Below, in pieces: positions 46,301 through 57,851 of a stretch of 64,000 nt of DNA. The stretch is from Cyanophora paradoxa CCMP329 (taxonomy: Eukaryota; Plantae; Glaucophyta). The stretch lies in the NCBI GenBank assembly GCA_004431415.1, contig QPMI01000496.1, positions 434,001-498,000 of the forward strand, written 5' to 3'. The notes under the pieces were generated by a model. That model ran no database searches, was not told where the DNA came from, and worked only from the letters and a program-made list of their open reading frames with translations. Numbering within the stretch: position 1 is the stretch's first letter; the number at the start of each line of letters is the position of its first letter. A program made the translations under genes and the position numbers.

Positions 46301-48915
46301 CTCCCCAGCTGGAGCCCAGGGCCCCACCTCCGCCCCGAGGTCAGTCACGGCCTCGAGCGGCCCCGCGCTGCTGCTCGACCCGCCGCCGCCGCAGAACCTG
46401 CTTGCGCAGGGCGGGCCGGCCGCTGGCTCGCATGCAGCGCTCCCCGGCTGGAGTCCAGGGCGCCACCTCCGCCCCGAGGTCCGTCACGGCCTCGCGCAGC
46501 CCCGCGCTGCCGCTCGACCCGCCGCCGCCGCATAACCTGCTTGCGCAGGGCAGGCCGGCCGTGGGCTCGCATGCAGCGCTCCCCGGCTGGACCCCAGGGC
46601 TCCACCGCTGCCCCGAGGCCCTTCACGGCCTCGCGCGGCCCGCGCTGCAGCTCGGCGTACCGCCACTGCCTGACCTGCTGGCGCAGGGCGGGCCGGCCGT
46701 TGGCTCGCAATGCAGCGCTCCCCGGCTGGAGCTCAAGGCTCCACCGCCGCCCGAGGTCCGTCACGGCTTCGCGCGGCCCCGCGCTGCCGCTCGACCGGCC
46801 GCTGCCGCATAGTCTGCTTGCGCAGGGCGGGCCGGCCGCTGGCTCGCATGTAGCGCTCCCCGGCTGGAGCCCAGGGCTCCACCTTCAACCCGAGGCCTGT
46901 CAAGGCCTCGCGCGGCCCGCGCTACCGCTCGACCCGCCGCCGCCGCATAACCTGCCTGCGCAGGGCCGGCCGCGGGCTCGCATGCAGCGCTCCCCGACTG
47001 GAGCCCAGGGCTCCGCCTCCGCCCCGAGGTCCGTCACGGCTTCGCGCGGCCCCGCGCTATCGCTCGACTCGCCGCCGCCGCATACCCTGCCTGCGCAGGG
47101 CGGGCCGGCCGCTGGCTCGCATGCAGCGCTCCCCAGCTAGAACCCAGGGCCCCACCTCCGCCCCGAGGTCCGTTCACGGCCTCGCGCGGCCCCGCGCTGC
47201 AGCTCGGCGTACCGCCACTGCCTGACCGGCTTGCGCAGGGCGGGCCGGCCGCTGGCTCGTCCGCCGCGCTCTCCGGCTGGAGCCCAAGGCTCCACCTCCA
47301 CCCCGAGGTCCGTTCACGGCCTCGCACGGCCCCACGCCACCACCCGGCTTGCCGCCGCCGCCTGACCTGCGGGTGCAGGGCGGGCCGGCCGCGGGCCCGC
47401 CCACCGCGCTCTCCTGCTGGAGCTCAAGGCTCCACCACCTCCCCGAGGTCTTCAGCGACCTCGCGCGGCCTGGCGCCACCGTCCGGCTCACTGCTTCCGC
47501 CGGACCGGCTGGCACAGGGCGGGCCGGCCCTTAGCCCGTCCGCGGCCGTCGGACGCTTCCTGGCTGGAGCTCGAAGCTCCGCCACCGCCCCAAGGGCGGG
47601 CCGGCCGGTGGACCGCGCGCAGCGCCTCCTGCGGTAGCTAAAAGCTCCGCCTCCGCCCGAAGGTCCGTAGCGGCCCCGCGCGGTCCCGCGCCGCCGCTCT
47701 ACCCACTACCGCCGTCAGACCTACTCGCGAAGGGCAGGCCGGTCGCTGGCTCGCCAGCAGCGCTCTCCTGCTGGAGCTCAAGCCTCCACCACCGCCCCGA
47801 GGTCTGCAGCGACCTCGCACGGCCCCGCGCCGCCGCTCGGCTCTCCGCCGCCGCCTCGCCTGCTGGCGCAGGGCGGGCCAGCCTCTGGCTCGCCCGCGTC
47901 GCCCCCCTGCTGGAGCTCAAGGCTCCTTCGCGACCCCGAGGTCCGTCACGGCCTCGCGCGGCCCCGCGCCGCCGCTCGACCCACCGCCGCCGCTTATCCT
48001 GCTTGCGCAGGGCGGGCCGGCCCCTGGCTCGCCCGCAAGGCCCCCTGGCTAAAACTCCAGGCCCCACCATTACACCGAGGTCTACTGCGACCTCGCGGGG
48101 CCCCGCGCCGCCGCTCGGCTCGCCGCCGCCGCCTGACCTGCTTGCGCAGGGCGGGCCGGCTGCTGGCTCGCCCGCAACGCCTCCTACTGGAGCTCAAAGC
48201 TCCGCCGCCGCCCAAGGTCCGTGGCGACCTCGCGTGGCCCCATGCCACAGCTCGGCTCGCCACCGCCGCCTGACCCGCGTACGCAAGGCGGGCCGGCCTC
48301 TGGCATGCCCGCGGCGCTCCCCGGCTGGAGCTCGAGGCTCCACCACCTCCCAAGGTCTGAAGCGACCTCGCGCGGCCCACACTACCGCTCGGCCCGCTGC
48401 CATCGCTCCCCCAGCTTGCGTAGGGCGGGCCGGCCTCTAGCTCGCCGCGACGCTTCCTGGCTGGAGCTCAAGGCTCCACCCCCGGCCCGAAGTCTGCAGC
48501 GACCTCTCGCGTTCCCGCGCCGCCACTGAGCTCGCCGCCGCCGCATAACCTGCTTGCGAAGGGCGGGCCGGCCTCTGGCTCCCCAGCAGCGCTCTCCTGC
48601 TGGAGCTCATGACCCCACCACCGCCCCGAGGTCCGCAACGACCTCGCGCGGCCCCAAACCGCCGCCGCCTCGCCTGCTGGCGCAGGGTGGGCTGACCGCT
48701 GGCTCGCCCGCGGTGCTGTGCCACGGGCGCTCCAGGCCCTGAGGCCCCGCGACCGCTCCCGCGGTCTTATGCGGCCCCCACGTCCGCGCGGCGCGCTTCC
48801 GCCGCCTACCCTGCTTGCACAGGGCAGGACGGTGGTGGGCTCGCTTTCGGTGCTCACCGGCTGGGATGGTTTTAGATTCCGCCGCGGCCCCGAGGTCCGT
48901 AACGGCCTCGCGCGA
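43360..48915. repeat. GC-rich tandem array, about 139-bp unit, about 40 copies, more diverged at the edges
   Basis: GAGGTCCGTCAC recurs at 139-bp spacing, e.g. 44181 and 44320; 45370, 45509, 45648, 45787 and 45926. Confidence 0.93.
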
Positions 48916-49341
48916 CTTCACGCCGACGCGCAGTGCGACCGCCTTGCCCGCCCTCCACCCGTAGCGCGCCCCTGGCCCGCACCGCCCAGCATGACTTGTC
49001 GGCGGCGGGGATCTGGCGGCGCCACTATCCAGCGCCGCCCCGGTTCGTCGACTGTCCCATAGGGGTACGGCGAGAACCCCCCAGCCTTCTGTGCCGGCTC
49101 GTTACCTCGGGCGTTTTGGCCCGCCCCGGCCCCATGTTGTTTGTCCGAATTCACGCTCTCTGCCCGTTCCTCCTACAGCGCAGTGCGCTGGGGGAGGGAG
49201 GCCTAGCGTCTGGGACACGTGGGGTGGCAGGGGAAGGAGGAAGGAGAGGGGGGGAATGGGGGAGGGCGAAACAACCTTCGCCCTCTTGCTCACTTTGTTC
49301 CTATGTATGCTATTCTGGCTGGCTGTGACCTGACTCTTGTT

Positions 49342-50206
49342 TGGTAGGGGGTACTGCATTCGTGCTGCGTTCGCTACGCTCACCCCCGCGGCCTCCGGCG
49401 GCGGTACCCGGCTTCGGATCCCCGAACCCGGAAGAAACCGCGTACCCCTCCCCGGGGTACGCCGTTCGCCCCAACCGGCCCCACAAGGCGCGGCCCGAGG
49501 CCGAACGCGTACCCCGGAGAGGGGTACGGCGTCAGAGCGGCCCCGATCAAGTGTACCCCCGAGCGGGGTACCCCGATCGGTCCCGCGACGGCCCGAGCGG
49601 AGTACCCCGAGCGGGTACACCGTCTCGGCCCGCAACGGCCCTCCCCGGGTACAGGCGCCTAGCGCGCTTACCCGGAGAGTTCTTGTTCCGGAACTCGCAA
49701 GGGCGAGGCCGGAATGGCATACGGCGATCCGCCCTGGTCGATCGCCAACGTATTATGATACGTGGTTCCCGGGAAAGCAGCCTTGAGCTGCCGTACCTCA
49801 GGGCCCAACCGATGCGCTATCCGTGCATCTAGCTAAGTAGTGTCAGGCGTAAGATAGCTAGGTCTTCTGCATTCGAATGAAGCGAGGCGTAAATCGGGAT
49901 TTGCGCTCTCAATGCGTAAATCGAGTTTTGCGCCGACTGAATGCGAGTAAAGAAGACCGTAGCCGAACGCCAGGCACGAAAGAGCTGAGCGACTCGCTAG
50001 CCGCAGAGCGGCGCGAGGCGAGCACGGGATGAGCAGCAGGCGGCAGCGAGCGCCCGCAAGGGACTAGCTGAGCTAGCCGTTGGGCCGAGCCGGCGGGCTT
50101 GAAGCCGCCGAGCTCCGGGGGTACGCTGATTCGGGTTTCCCTTCACGCCCTGCTTCGCTCGCGGCCGCTCCAGGCCACGAAGCGACCAGCGGCGAAGCGA
50201 AATCGC
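49342..50206 (+). repeat. Repeats B1+A2 (the complete LTR-like unit / circle-junction mimic)
   Basis: B1 ends GAGGCGTAAA at 49893; A2 starts TCGGGATT at 49894. Confidence 0.93.
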
Positions 50207-50862
50207 TCCCGCCCACCTCCCGCGATTTGTCCTCCGGGCGCCGAACCTCGCTACCCAGCGAGCCCCGACGCCGCGAAAGTTCGCGCAAGGGCAATGCATA
50301 CGGCGACCAGCACCAGCGCTCGCCGAGGGTATTATAATACGTGGTTCCTTGTCGTCTCCTGCGCACGCGGTTCCGGATGGTACTCCCGCTCGGTGCCGGC
50401 CACCAGCGCGGACGTGGTCGTGCACAGCTGATCCGTGGTAATTTACAATGGTTCCGTCGAAGATTCGGGCACGAACCGCGCAGACTCTGTGTATCGGTCG
50501 TCATTCGTGTTTGCACTCGCGTCCGCTGGACCCGCTTGTGCCGGGCCGGGGCCCAGCGCGCGCCCCAAAAAACAGTCGCGCGGCTTCGTTGCGAATCTCG
50601 AGTGTTTTCCCACTGGGTTTTTACCCTGTTTTTTCCGCTGGACCCGCGGGTGCCGAGCTGGGGTCCAGCGCGTATGGCTGTTACGCGGTTTTTCCCCGCT
50701 GTAACTTGTTGGTTTCGAGTCTGCCGCCCCGGCGCGGGGGGAGACTTCGCGCATATGCATGATCCGGAGTTCTGTCGGTTTTCCGATGAGCCTTGGTTGT
50801 CGTATTTTTGTACGACTCCTTGGTCTCATGGTCGTCTGCGGACGATGGGCACGCTACGCGTG

Positions 50863-51416
50863 TGGTAGGGGGTACTGCATTCGTGCTGCGTTCGCTACGC
50901 TCACCCCGCGGCCTCCGGCGGCGGTACCCGGCTTCGGATCCCCGAACCCGGAAGAAACCGCGTACCCCTCCCCGGGGTACGCCGTTCGCCCCAACCGGCC
51001 CCACAAGGCGCGGCCCGAGGCCGAACGCGTACCCGGAGAGGGGTACGGCGTCAGAGCGGCCCCGATCAAGTGTACCCCCGAGCGGGGTACCCCGATCGGT
51101 CCCGCGACGGCCCGAGCGGAGTACCCCGAGCGGGGTACACCGTCTCGGCCCGCAACGGCCCTCCCCGGGGTACAGGCGCCTAGCGCGCTTACCCCGGAGA
51201 GTTCTTGTTCCGGAACTCGCAAGGGCGAGGCCGGAATGGCATACGGCGATCCGCCCTGGTCGATCGCCAACGTATTATGATACGTGGTTCCCGGGAAAGC
51301 AGCCTTGAGCTGCCGTACCTCAGGGCCCAACCGATGCGCTATCCCGTGCATCTAGCTAAGTAGTGTCAGGCGTAAGATAGCTAGGTCTTCTGCATTCGAA
51401 TGAAGCGAGGCGTAAA
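50863..51416 (+). repeat. Repeat B2 (copy of 49342-49893)
   Basis: TGGTAGGGGGTACTGCATTCG...GAAGCGAGGCGTAAA at both sites. Confidence 0.93.
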
Positions 51417-51801
51417 ATTCACTGTGCATCTGCATGCATATGCGGCATGCATACATGTACACTAGGCGCCGGCCTGTACATGTATAGGTATACGCGTAGG
51501 CGCCGGCGCCGGCGCCGTGCTAGCTATAGCTCGAGCCTTACAGTCCTGCGGATAAGCCTGATCTAAATCTAGGTCTAGATCTAGATCTCTGCAGCTCAGC
51601 GACGCAGAAAGCAGACGTCCCGAGTCGGTCTCAGCAGACGCGCGGGCGTACTTGAGCTTCAGCGATCAAAGCAAAGGCTCGACGTCGACCGCCTCGGCGC
51701 GGAAAATCGCTCTAGATCCACAGCTCGATCTCCACGTACGAGTACACCGCGCCCCCGCGCCGGCAAACAGCGGAGCTCGAGCTCGCGACTCAAGAATATC
51801 A

Positions 51802-53099
51802 ATGGCGTCCCGCACCCCTGGCGTCGTTCTCGCCCTCTTCGAGCTCGTCATCGTCGTCTTGACCGCCGTCGCCATCGGCTCCGCCGCCTGGTGCGCATGC
51901 GCCCCGCGCGCGCTTCGCGGCGCCCCGGGCAGGGCCGGCGCCGGCGCGGCTCCTCAATTGCAAGCTTTCCGACCATGATTTCGACTTCCGTGCTTGCACG
52001 TGCACAGGACGACATCTTCGATGGCCGATCCCAATCTCGGCGTGTCAACAGCCAGCGAGGTCGGGCTCCTGCGCTCCAAGACCTCGGCGACGCCGATGGG
52101 CTCCTCCACCTCCGCCGAAGCCGTGCGCGCGCGCTTGTACGCGTGTGCGCGTGGGCACGCGCGCGCCCGCTGACCCTTGACTCCGCGCGCAGCCGACCGA
52201 CGACCTGTGCGCCTCGCTCGCGAGCGGGACGGACGCGCGCAGCAAGTGCGACCGGGCCGTCGCCTCGGGCAAGGTGGGCCCTTGCAATTGCAACTCAGAG
52301 CGGCCTCGGATTAGCGGCCTCGAATTCGCGGAAGGTTCTCTAGATCTTAGCTTGCACCCGATTTTGACGATTGTGCGCGCAGGCCGCCTTCGCGATGCAG
52401 CTGATCGCGATCGTCGTGAACGGCTTCGCGGGACTCGCCGCCTGCGTGCTCGCCGGCGGCTCGGCGTCTGCCCGCGGCCTCTGGATCTGCATCACGTCCT
52501 CCGTCTGCGCCTCCGCCCTCCTCATGATCATCGGCACCGTCGTCTTCGGCGCGGTCCGTTCGTTCTTCTCTCAGCGAAACGTAACCCAACTACTTTAATT
52601 TACTTAAGACTTCAATTCGTCGTCTTCGCAGGGGATGCACGCGCCCCTGAAGGAGCTGTACGGCGCGGCCCCCGCCGCCCTCGGCTGGTCCTTTGGATCC
52701 GGAGTCGACGTCGCGGCCGTCGCCGTCAACTTCCTCGCCACGTGCGCCCATTCGAATCTATCTAAATAGAAGCTTAGCTTAAGCTTCTATTTCATGAGCT
52801 GCCCGGTACTCGAACTTGAATTGATTTCGCGCAGCTTCGCGTGCTGGGCCCTGTGGATGGCGGCGACGCAGCGGCACGTCGCCCGGTCGACATCGGGCCT
52901 CGGGATGGCCGCCCCCGTCCCCGTCCCCGCCCTCACCAACATCAAGGTGCATGCGCGAGAGCTCTGAATCTGAATTCGAATTTCTGAAGCTGACTTCAAT
53001 TTCTCTCGCCAGGTCGACTTCACGAAATCTTTCCAGGAGGGGGCCCTCCGCCCGCCCGCGAGCCCCCAGACCGCCCCCACGACCAATTGCAAGCCGTGA
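51802..53099 (+). CDS. Small four-TM claudin/PMP22-like membrane protein, multi-exon
   Basis: Exons MASRTPGVVLALFELVIVVLTAVAIGSAAW/...EVGLLR.../..LC........KC..AVASGK/AAFAMQLIAIVV...LLMIIGTVVFGA/...LGWSFG...AVNFLAT/FACWALW.../VDFTKSF...NCKP*. W...GL..C..C loop plus four hydrophobic segments. Confidence 0.6.
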
Positions 53100-53699
53100 G
53101 CGCTCAATTTTAATTATTGCGTGCTCGAATTCAACTTCGAATTCTGACGCTCCCATGTCCCGCGCGCAGAGGCGAGCTCACTTTTTGAAGACTACAACGA
53201 TCGCGGCCGCCAGGCTGCGTCTTCGGTCGCTCCCACTTAGGCATCAAAATGCGACATTCGATTTTTTACTTTAGCGCGCGCTGCTGTCGCAGTGTGCACG
53301 CATCAATGAACATGTATAGATTTTTGTAGCCTTTTGTACAGGTTATTTACAGGCGCGTGAAATCGCACGAGCGCGACTTGAGCTTCGAATAAAGCAAAGA
53401 ATTCGGATGCAAATTAAAGCGGACGTGGGAGAGGGGTGCCGGAGCGATCGCAGGATAGGGGCGCGACGCTAGCAATATCGATATCAATGCCGTTGTACTC
53501 TCTTACCGTTGTACTGCCTACAAGTGATCTCAATCGAAAGGATAAGCATGCCATGCGCCATGATGCATATGCATGCCATGGCCATGATATCGATGATCGA
53601 CACGGATCGATCGACTCAGTCGGTATGGCAACTTTTTCGAATTCGCTCAAGCAAGACAGAGAAAGCCATGGCCAGACAGACTAGACTATAGACAGACAA

Positions 53700-56019
53700 T
53701 TATTCCCACTCATCCCCCTCCGCGTCATCATCCTCCTCCGCGTCTTGCGGTGCGAACTCCACCTTCTGCCAGCGCGAGCCACTCTTCACCTCCAAGCCAA
53801 GCAGCACGCCGCGGTCCCGCAGGTCGTACATTTTCACGATCTGCCCCTTGTTCCACGCGTCCGAGGGCCGGAGGCAGCGGAAGACCTCGAGGGCTGGCAG
53901 CGGCCGAGCCGCGGCCGCGGCGGCGATCGCCCACGGCAGGTTGCGCAGCGTCAGGGCCTTCAGCGAGCGGGGGAGGGCGGCGGCGAGCGCCGCGGCGTCC
54001 GCCTCCGCCGCGCCGTCGATCTCGAGGATCTGCAGGCGGGATGCGGCCAGCGCGGCGGCCACCGCCGGCGTGACGAGGCCCGTGCGAGTGCCGGCACCGG
54101 CAGCCAGCTGCAGCTCCAGCGCGAGCAGCTTGGGGCAGTGCGCGAGGCACGACTCGAGGAGCGCCGCCGCCCACGTCGTAGCCGCCGGGGAGGATCCCAG
54201 GCTCAGCAGCTTCAGCAAGACCAGCTGCGGAAGGTCGCCGGGCCCGACGCCGCCGCCCGCGCTCGCCCCGCTGCCGTCGCTGTCGCCTTGCACGAGGGTC
54301 GGCGCCTCAACAGTGAGCTCGGCGAGCGACGGCGAGCGCGGGAACAAGCTGCCGAGCAGCTCACAGCGCGCCGCCCTCAGCGCCTCCAGCGGCTGCGGCC
54401 CGGCCCGCGTCGGCACGCGGGGTGCGGGAATTCGAAGGGCGCTGGGCGCCGCACGGGGCCGACGTCGCCGCCATGAGACGCCGCCAGCACGCGACGCGCA
54501 GCCCGTCGACCTCCAGCTCGCGCAGCTTCGCGTTGGCCGCCGCCGCCTCCCGACCGCCGCCTCCGCTGCGAGGCCCTCGGCCAGCGGGCCGCTTGGGCGG
54601 GCCACCTGCACCGCGTGTCGTGGTGGGGAAGGGAGGAAGTGGGGGGGGGAGGGGGGGGGGGGGGGGGGGGGATGGGGGGCAGGAGCACCCGCAAGCGCTC
54701 CAGGCTCCCACGGAGCGCAGCCGCGCGCAGGGACTCGGCAGTGCAGCCCGCGCCCACGAGCTCGAGCACTGACGGGGAAGGCGAGCGATCAGCGCCGGGC
54801 GCGGCGGGCGGGCGGGCGGCCGCGCTCACCGGGCGGGTCCGCCACGGCCGGGGCAGCCGGAGCGGGCCCGAGGGGGGCGGGGCGGCGGCGCTCCGGCCGG
54901 CGCGCCTCGCGAGCTCAGGCGGCACGTCGATGGCCACGCCGCGGGAGCGCATGCGGCCCACCGCCGCCGCGTCCGCGCTGCTGTGCGCCTCCTCGCGGAC
55001 CTGAGGAGGGCGCGCCTCTGCCCGCAGCCTGAGCAAACGCAGTGGGCGGCCTTGCTTCGGGAAACATGGCGTCGGCTAGAGCGAAGGCCATGGCCTCTCT
55101 CGCGTCAATCGGGTCCTGCTCGAGGGCCTGTGAGCGAAGGCGCGCGGGGGGGCGGACGCGGCGGCGCACGGCCTTGTGGAGTCGCAGCATCAGACTGCGC
55201 AGGTTGGGCGCCCGCTCCGCGGCCTGCGCTGCGCGTTTCGGCCGCGCCGGGCGCCGTGCCGCACGCCCGCCACGCACCACCACGCACGCGCTAGTCTGGT
55301 CCACGCTGCACACGCGCGCGTCGGCGCGGCGCCGGCAGGCGGCGGCGCGGGGTGCCGAACCAGTCCACAACAAGCGTCTGCAGAGTTGGTGCGCACGCGG
55401 CGATTAGCAGCTCCAGTGGGCGCGCGAGCGACTCGGGCCAGGGCTGCGAGGGGCGTGCCGCGTCAGCAGCCATGGCCAGGCGACCGGCCGCACGCGTGCT
55501 ATATGGTCGTAGTCGCCGTTCCGATAGCAACCGTGAACAGCAACAGTTGGCACCATATAATGGATGTCGTACTCGTCGGGGCCGATGTAGCGGCCGAGGT
55601 TCCGCAGGCGGAGCGAGAGCAGCCGAGGGAGGCCCGCCTTGGCCAGGGCCGACAGCAACTGCGCGCCGGTCAGCGCGCGGACGGGGGGGCGGCAGCGGGC
55701 GTCGGGCGCACATTGGCGGCCTGTTCGAGGTCGGGGAGGCTTCACATATGCGGTTAGAAGCGGAGGCGGTTGGCGTGGAGGCGGGGCCCCCCGCTCACTC
55801 GCAGATCTCGAGCTCCGTCAGTCGGTAGGCGACCGCGGGCGCGGCCGACGCCCAGAAGTCCGACGCCTGCGGGCAGCTCAGTTCGGGGGGCGGGGTCGGC
55901 GGAGGCGGGGCGCGCCTTGCCGAGGCCCCTCAGCCGCAGCGTCTCCAGGGCGGGGAACGAGGACGGACACACGGGCACATGCTCCCAATCGGCCTGAGCC
56001 GCAACGTTAACGTCGTCGA

Positions 56020-56057
<38 letters not shown>

Positions 56058-56862
56058 GCGGGGAGGCGCATACGCTTTTCTCGAAGCCGCCGATCGGTCC
56101 GAAGGTGAGCGAGCGGAGGCGTGGGAGGGCGGCCAGGGAGGCCAAACCCGCGCCGCCGCCGGCGATGCCCACTTCGCTGCGCATGCGGTGGAAACGGCCG
56201 TCGCTCACCTCTGCGCCCTCGTGAGCAGCCGCGCGCCGTCCGGCGGCGGCGCGAGTATATATCCGCACCGAGCTCCTCGATGCCGGCGGCGCCAGGGGCC
56301 TGCGCGAGGCCCGCGAGGTCCACCTGCGCGGAGGCCTAGGTCAAGCGCGGAACGGGCGGCGACTCGCGCGAAGGCGACCCGCCTGCACGCCGGGCACGGT
56401 GGACGGCGGCGGCACGATGGCGGCGGTGAAGCAGCCGACGAGGGAGAGCGTGCGGAGGCCGTCGAGCGCCGGGAGCGCGTCCGACCAGCGCTCGATGCGC
56501 GCGCCGCCCACCCACACGCGTGAGAGGCCCCGGTAGCTGCGTAGAATGCTCCCCAAGGCGCCGCCGCAGTCTCGTATCGACCAGTCAGGCGCGCGAAACG
56601 CCGGCGGGTTCGAATTCCTCTCACGGGCGGTGGGCGCCAGTCTCTTCAACGTGCGCAGATCTACACGAAGAGCCTTCAGTGTGGTGCTGTCTGCACGAAG
56701 AGCGAGGGCGTCGAGGACGTCGGCACTGCAGAACTCGACCTCCAGGTCAGCGGCCTCCGCGACACGAGGCGACTCCATCTCCGCGGGGCTCGGGCGCTGC
56801 AGCTTGACCGCAGCCACAGAACCGTCGGCTTGACCTCGCGCGCGCTTGGAATTCATGCGCAT
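53700..56862 (-). CDS. RNI-like leucine-rich-repeat protein, multi-exon
   Basis: Repeated L..L..L.L motifs: LDGLRTLSL, LPRLRSLTF, FPALETLRL, LPRLLSLRL, CPKLLALEL, LPRSLKALTL, LPALEVFRC. Acidic tail with stop at 53700-53702. Start uncertain. Confidence 0.55.
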
Positions 56863-57061
56863 GCTCGCTGGGTGCGATGAAGGACTCCCCCCACGTTCCC
56901 CTCCCCCCCCCCCCCCCCCCCCCCCGGGGGGGGGCGCCGGGCAGCGCAGCGGCGCATTAATATTGTGCAATCAGTGACTGCGGCATGATCGGCGACAGCG
57001 CTCGCCTGGCGCCAAGTGCCGACACCCATCAGAAGAAGAAGGCCGAGGGTTGACAAGATCC

Positions 57062-57586
57062 GAAGCTGACTTGTAATTTCTCTCGCCAGCCTGGCAGGTC
57101 GACTTCACGAAATCTCAGAGTCTTTCCAGGATGGGGCCCTCCGCCCGCCCGCGGGCCCCCAGGCCGCCACCACGCGTACGACCAAGCCGTGAGCGCTTCT
57201 AATTTCGATTTTGAGATTTCGATTTCGATTTCGACGCCGTGCTCATGATAAATTTAAATTTCGATTTCTGACGCTTCCTTTCGCTTTTTGAATTCGAAGC
57301 TGAGACTACAACGACATCGATCGCGGCTGCAGCTGCGTGTTCGGTCGCTCCCACATTTAGCACTAAAATGTGACATTTTTTACATAAGCGCGCGCTGTCG
57401 CAGTACTAGCTATAGTGCGCACGCATCAATGAACATGTATAGCCTTCACAGCTGCAGTGTGCAGTTCATTTACAGGCGCGTGAAATCGCACGTGCACGAC
57501 CTCGAATAAAAGCACAAAACTCGAATGTAAAGCGGACGTGGGAGCCTCGGAGAGGGGTGCCGGCGCAGTAGCAGGACAGGGGCGCG
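57062..57586 (+). repeat. Diverged duplicate of about 52985-53467 (last exon, 3' UTR and flank of the claudin-like gene)
   Basis: Shared colinear blocks: AGGTCGACTTCACGAAATCT, GGGGCCCTCCGCCCGCCCGCG, AAGCCGTGAGCGC, TTCGGTCGCTCCCAC, CATCAATGAACATGTATAG, TTTACAGGCGCGTGAAATCGCACG, TAAAGCGGACGTGGGAG. Confidence 0.85.
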
Positions 57587-57851
57587 GCGCCCCGCGGGGG
57601 ACGGGGGGTCGGCCGTGGGGGTCGGCCTTGAAGCCACGAGCGACGAGCGGAAGAGAGAGGGGGGCGCGGGGCGGTAGGGGAAGGTGGGGGAGGGGGGGGG
57701 GGGGGGGGGCGGGGCGGAGGTGAGCTCGGTGGAGGTGGAGGGGGACCCCGGGGCAGGGCGACACGGTCCGGCCGAGCCGCTGGAAACAGCGGCGCGCGGG
57801 GAGGGGGGAGGAGGGGGTGGCCCCGCGCAGCGGGCGGGGCCCGGGCCAGGC

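Larger units (their letters stand above)
39530..51416. mobile_element. Non-coding element with split direct repeats A1-[satellites]-B1-A2-spacer-B2 (TOC1/PAT/Ngaro-like DIRS-order architecture)
   Basis: A1 39530-39845 matches A2 49894-50206; B1 49342-49893 matches B2 50863-51416. B1 abuts A2 exactly. Copies differ mainly by 1-nt homopolymer indels. No RT or YR ORF recognisable. Confidence 0.7.

Noticed and set aside
40179-47140. Very long ORFs (up to 860 aa) on both strands
   Set aside because: They are translations of stop-poor GC-rich tandem repeats, open in several frames at once, with unit lengths (160, 139) not multiples of three.
40466-48915. Possible CRISPR array
   Set aside because: Units are contiguous tandem repeats with no unique spacers, no cas genes are present, and the context is eukaryotic.
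49342-50860. Hammerhead ribozyme, group I/II intron, tRNA, SRP or RNase P RNA in the structured repeats
   Set aside because: I found no CUGANGA/GAAA core, domain V, P7 pairing or cloverleaf by eye. Left as an unassigned structured motif.
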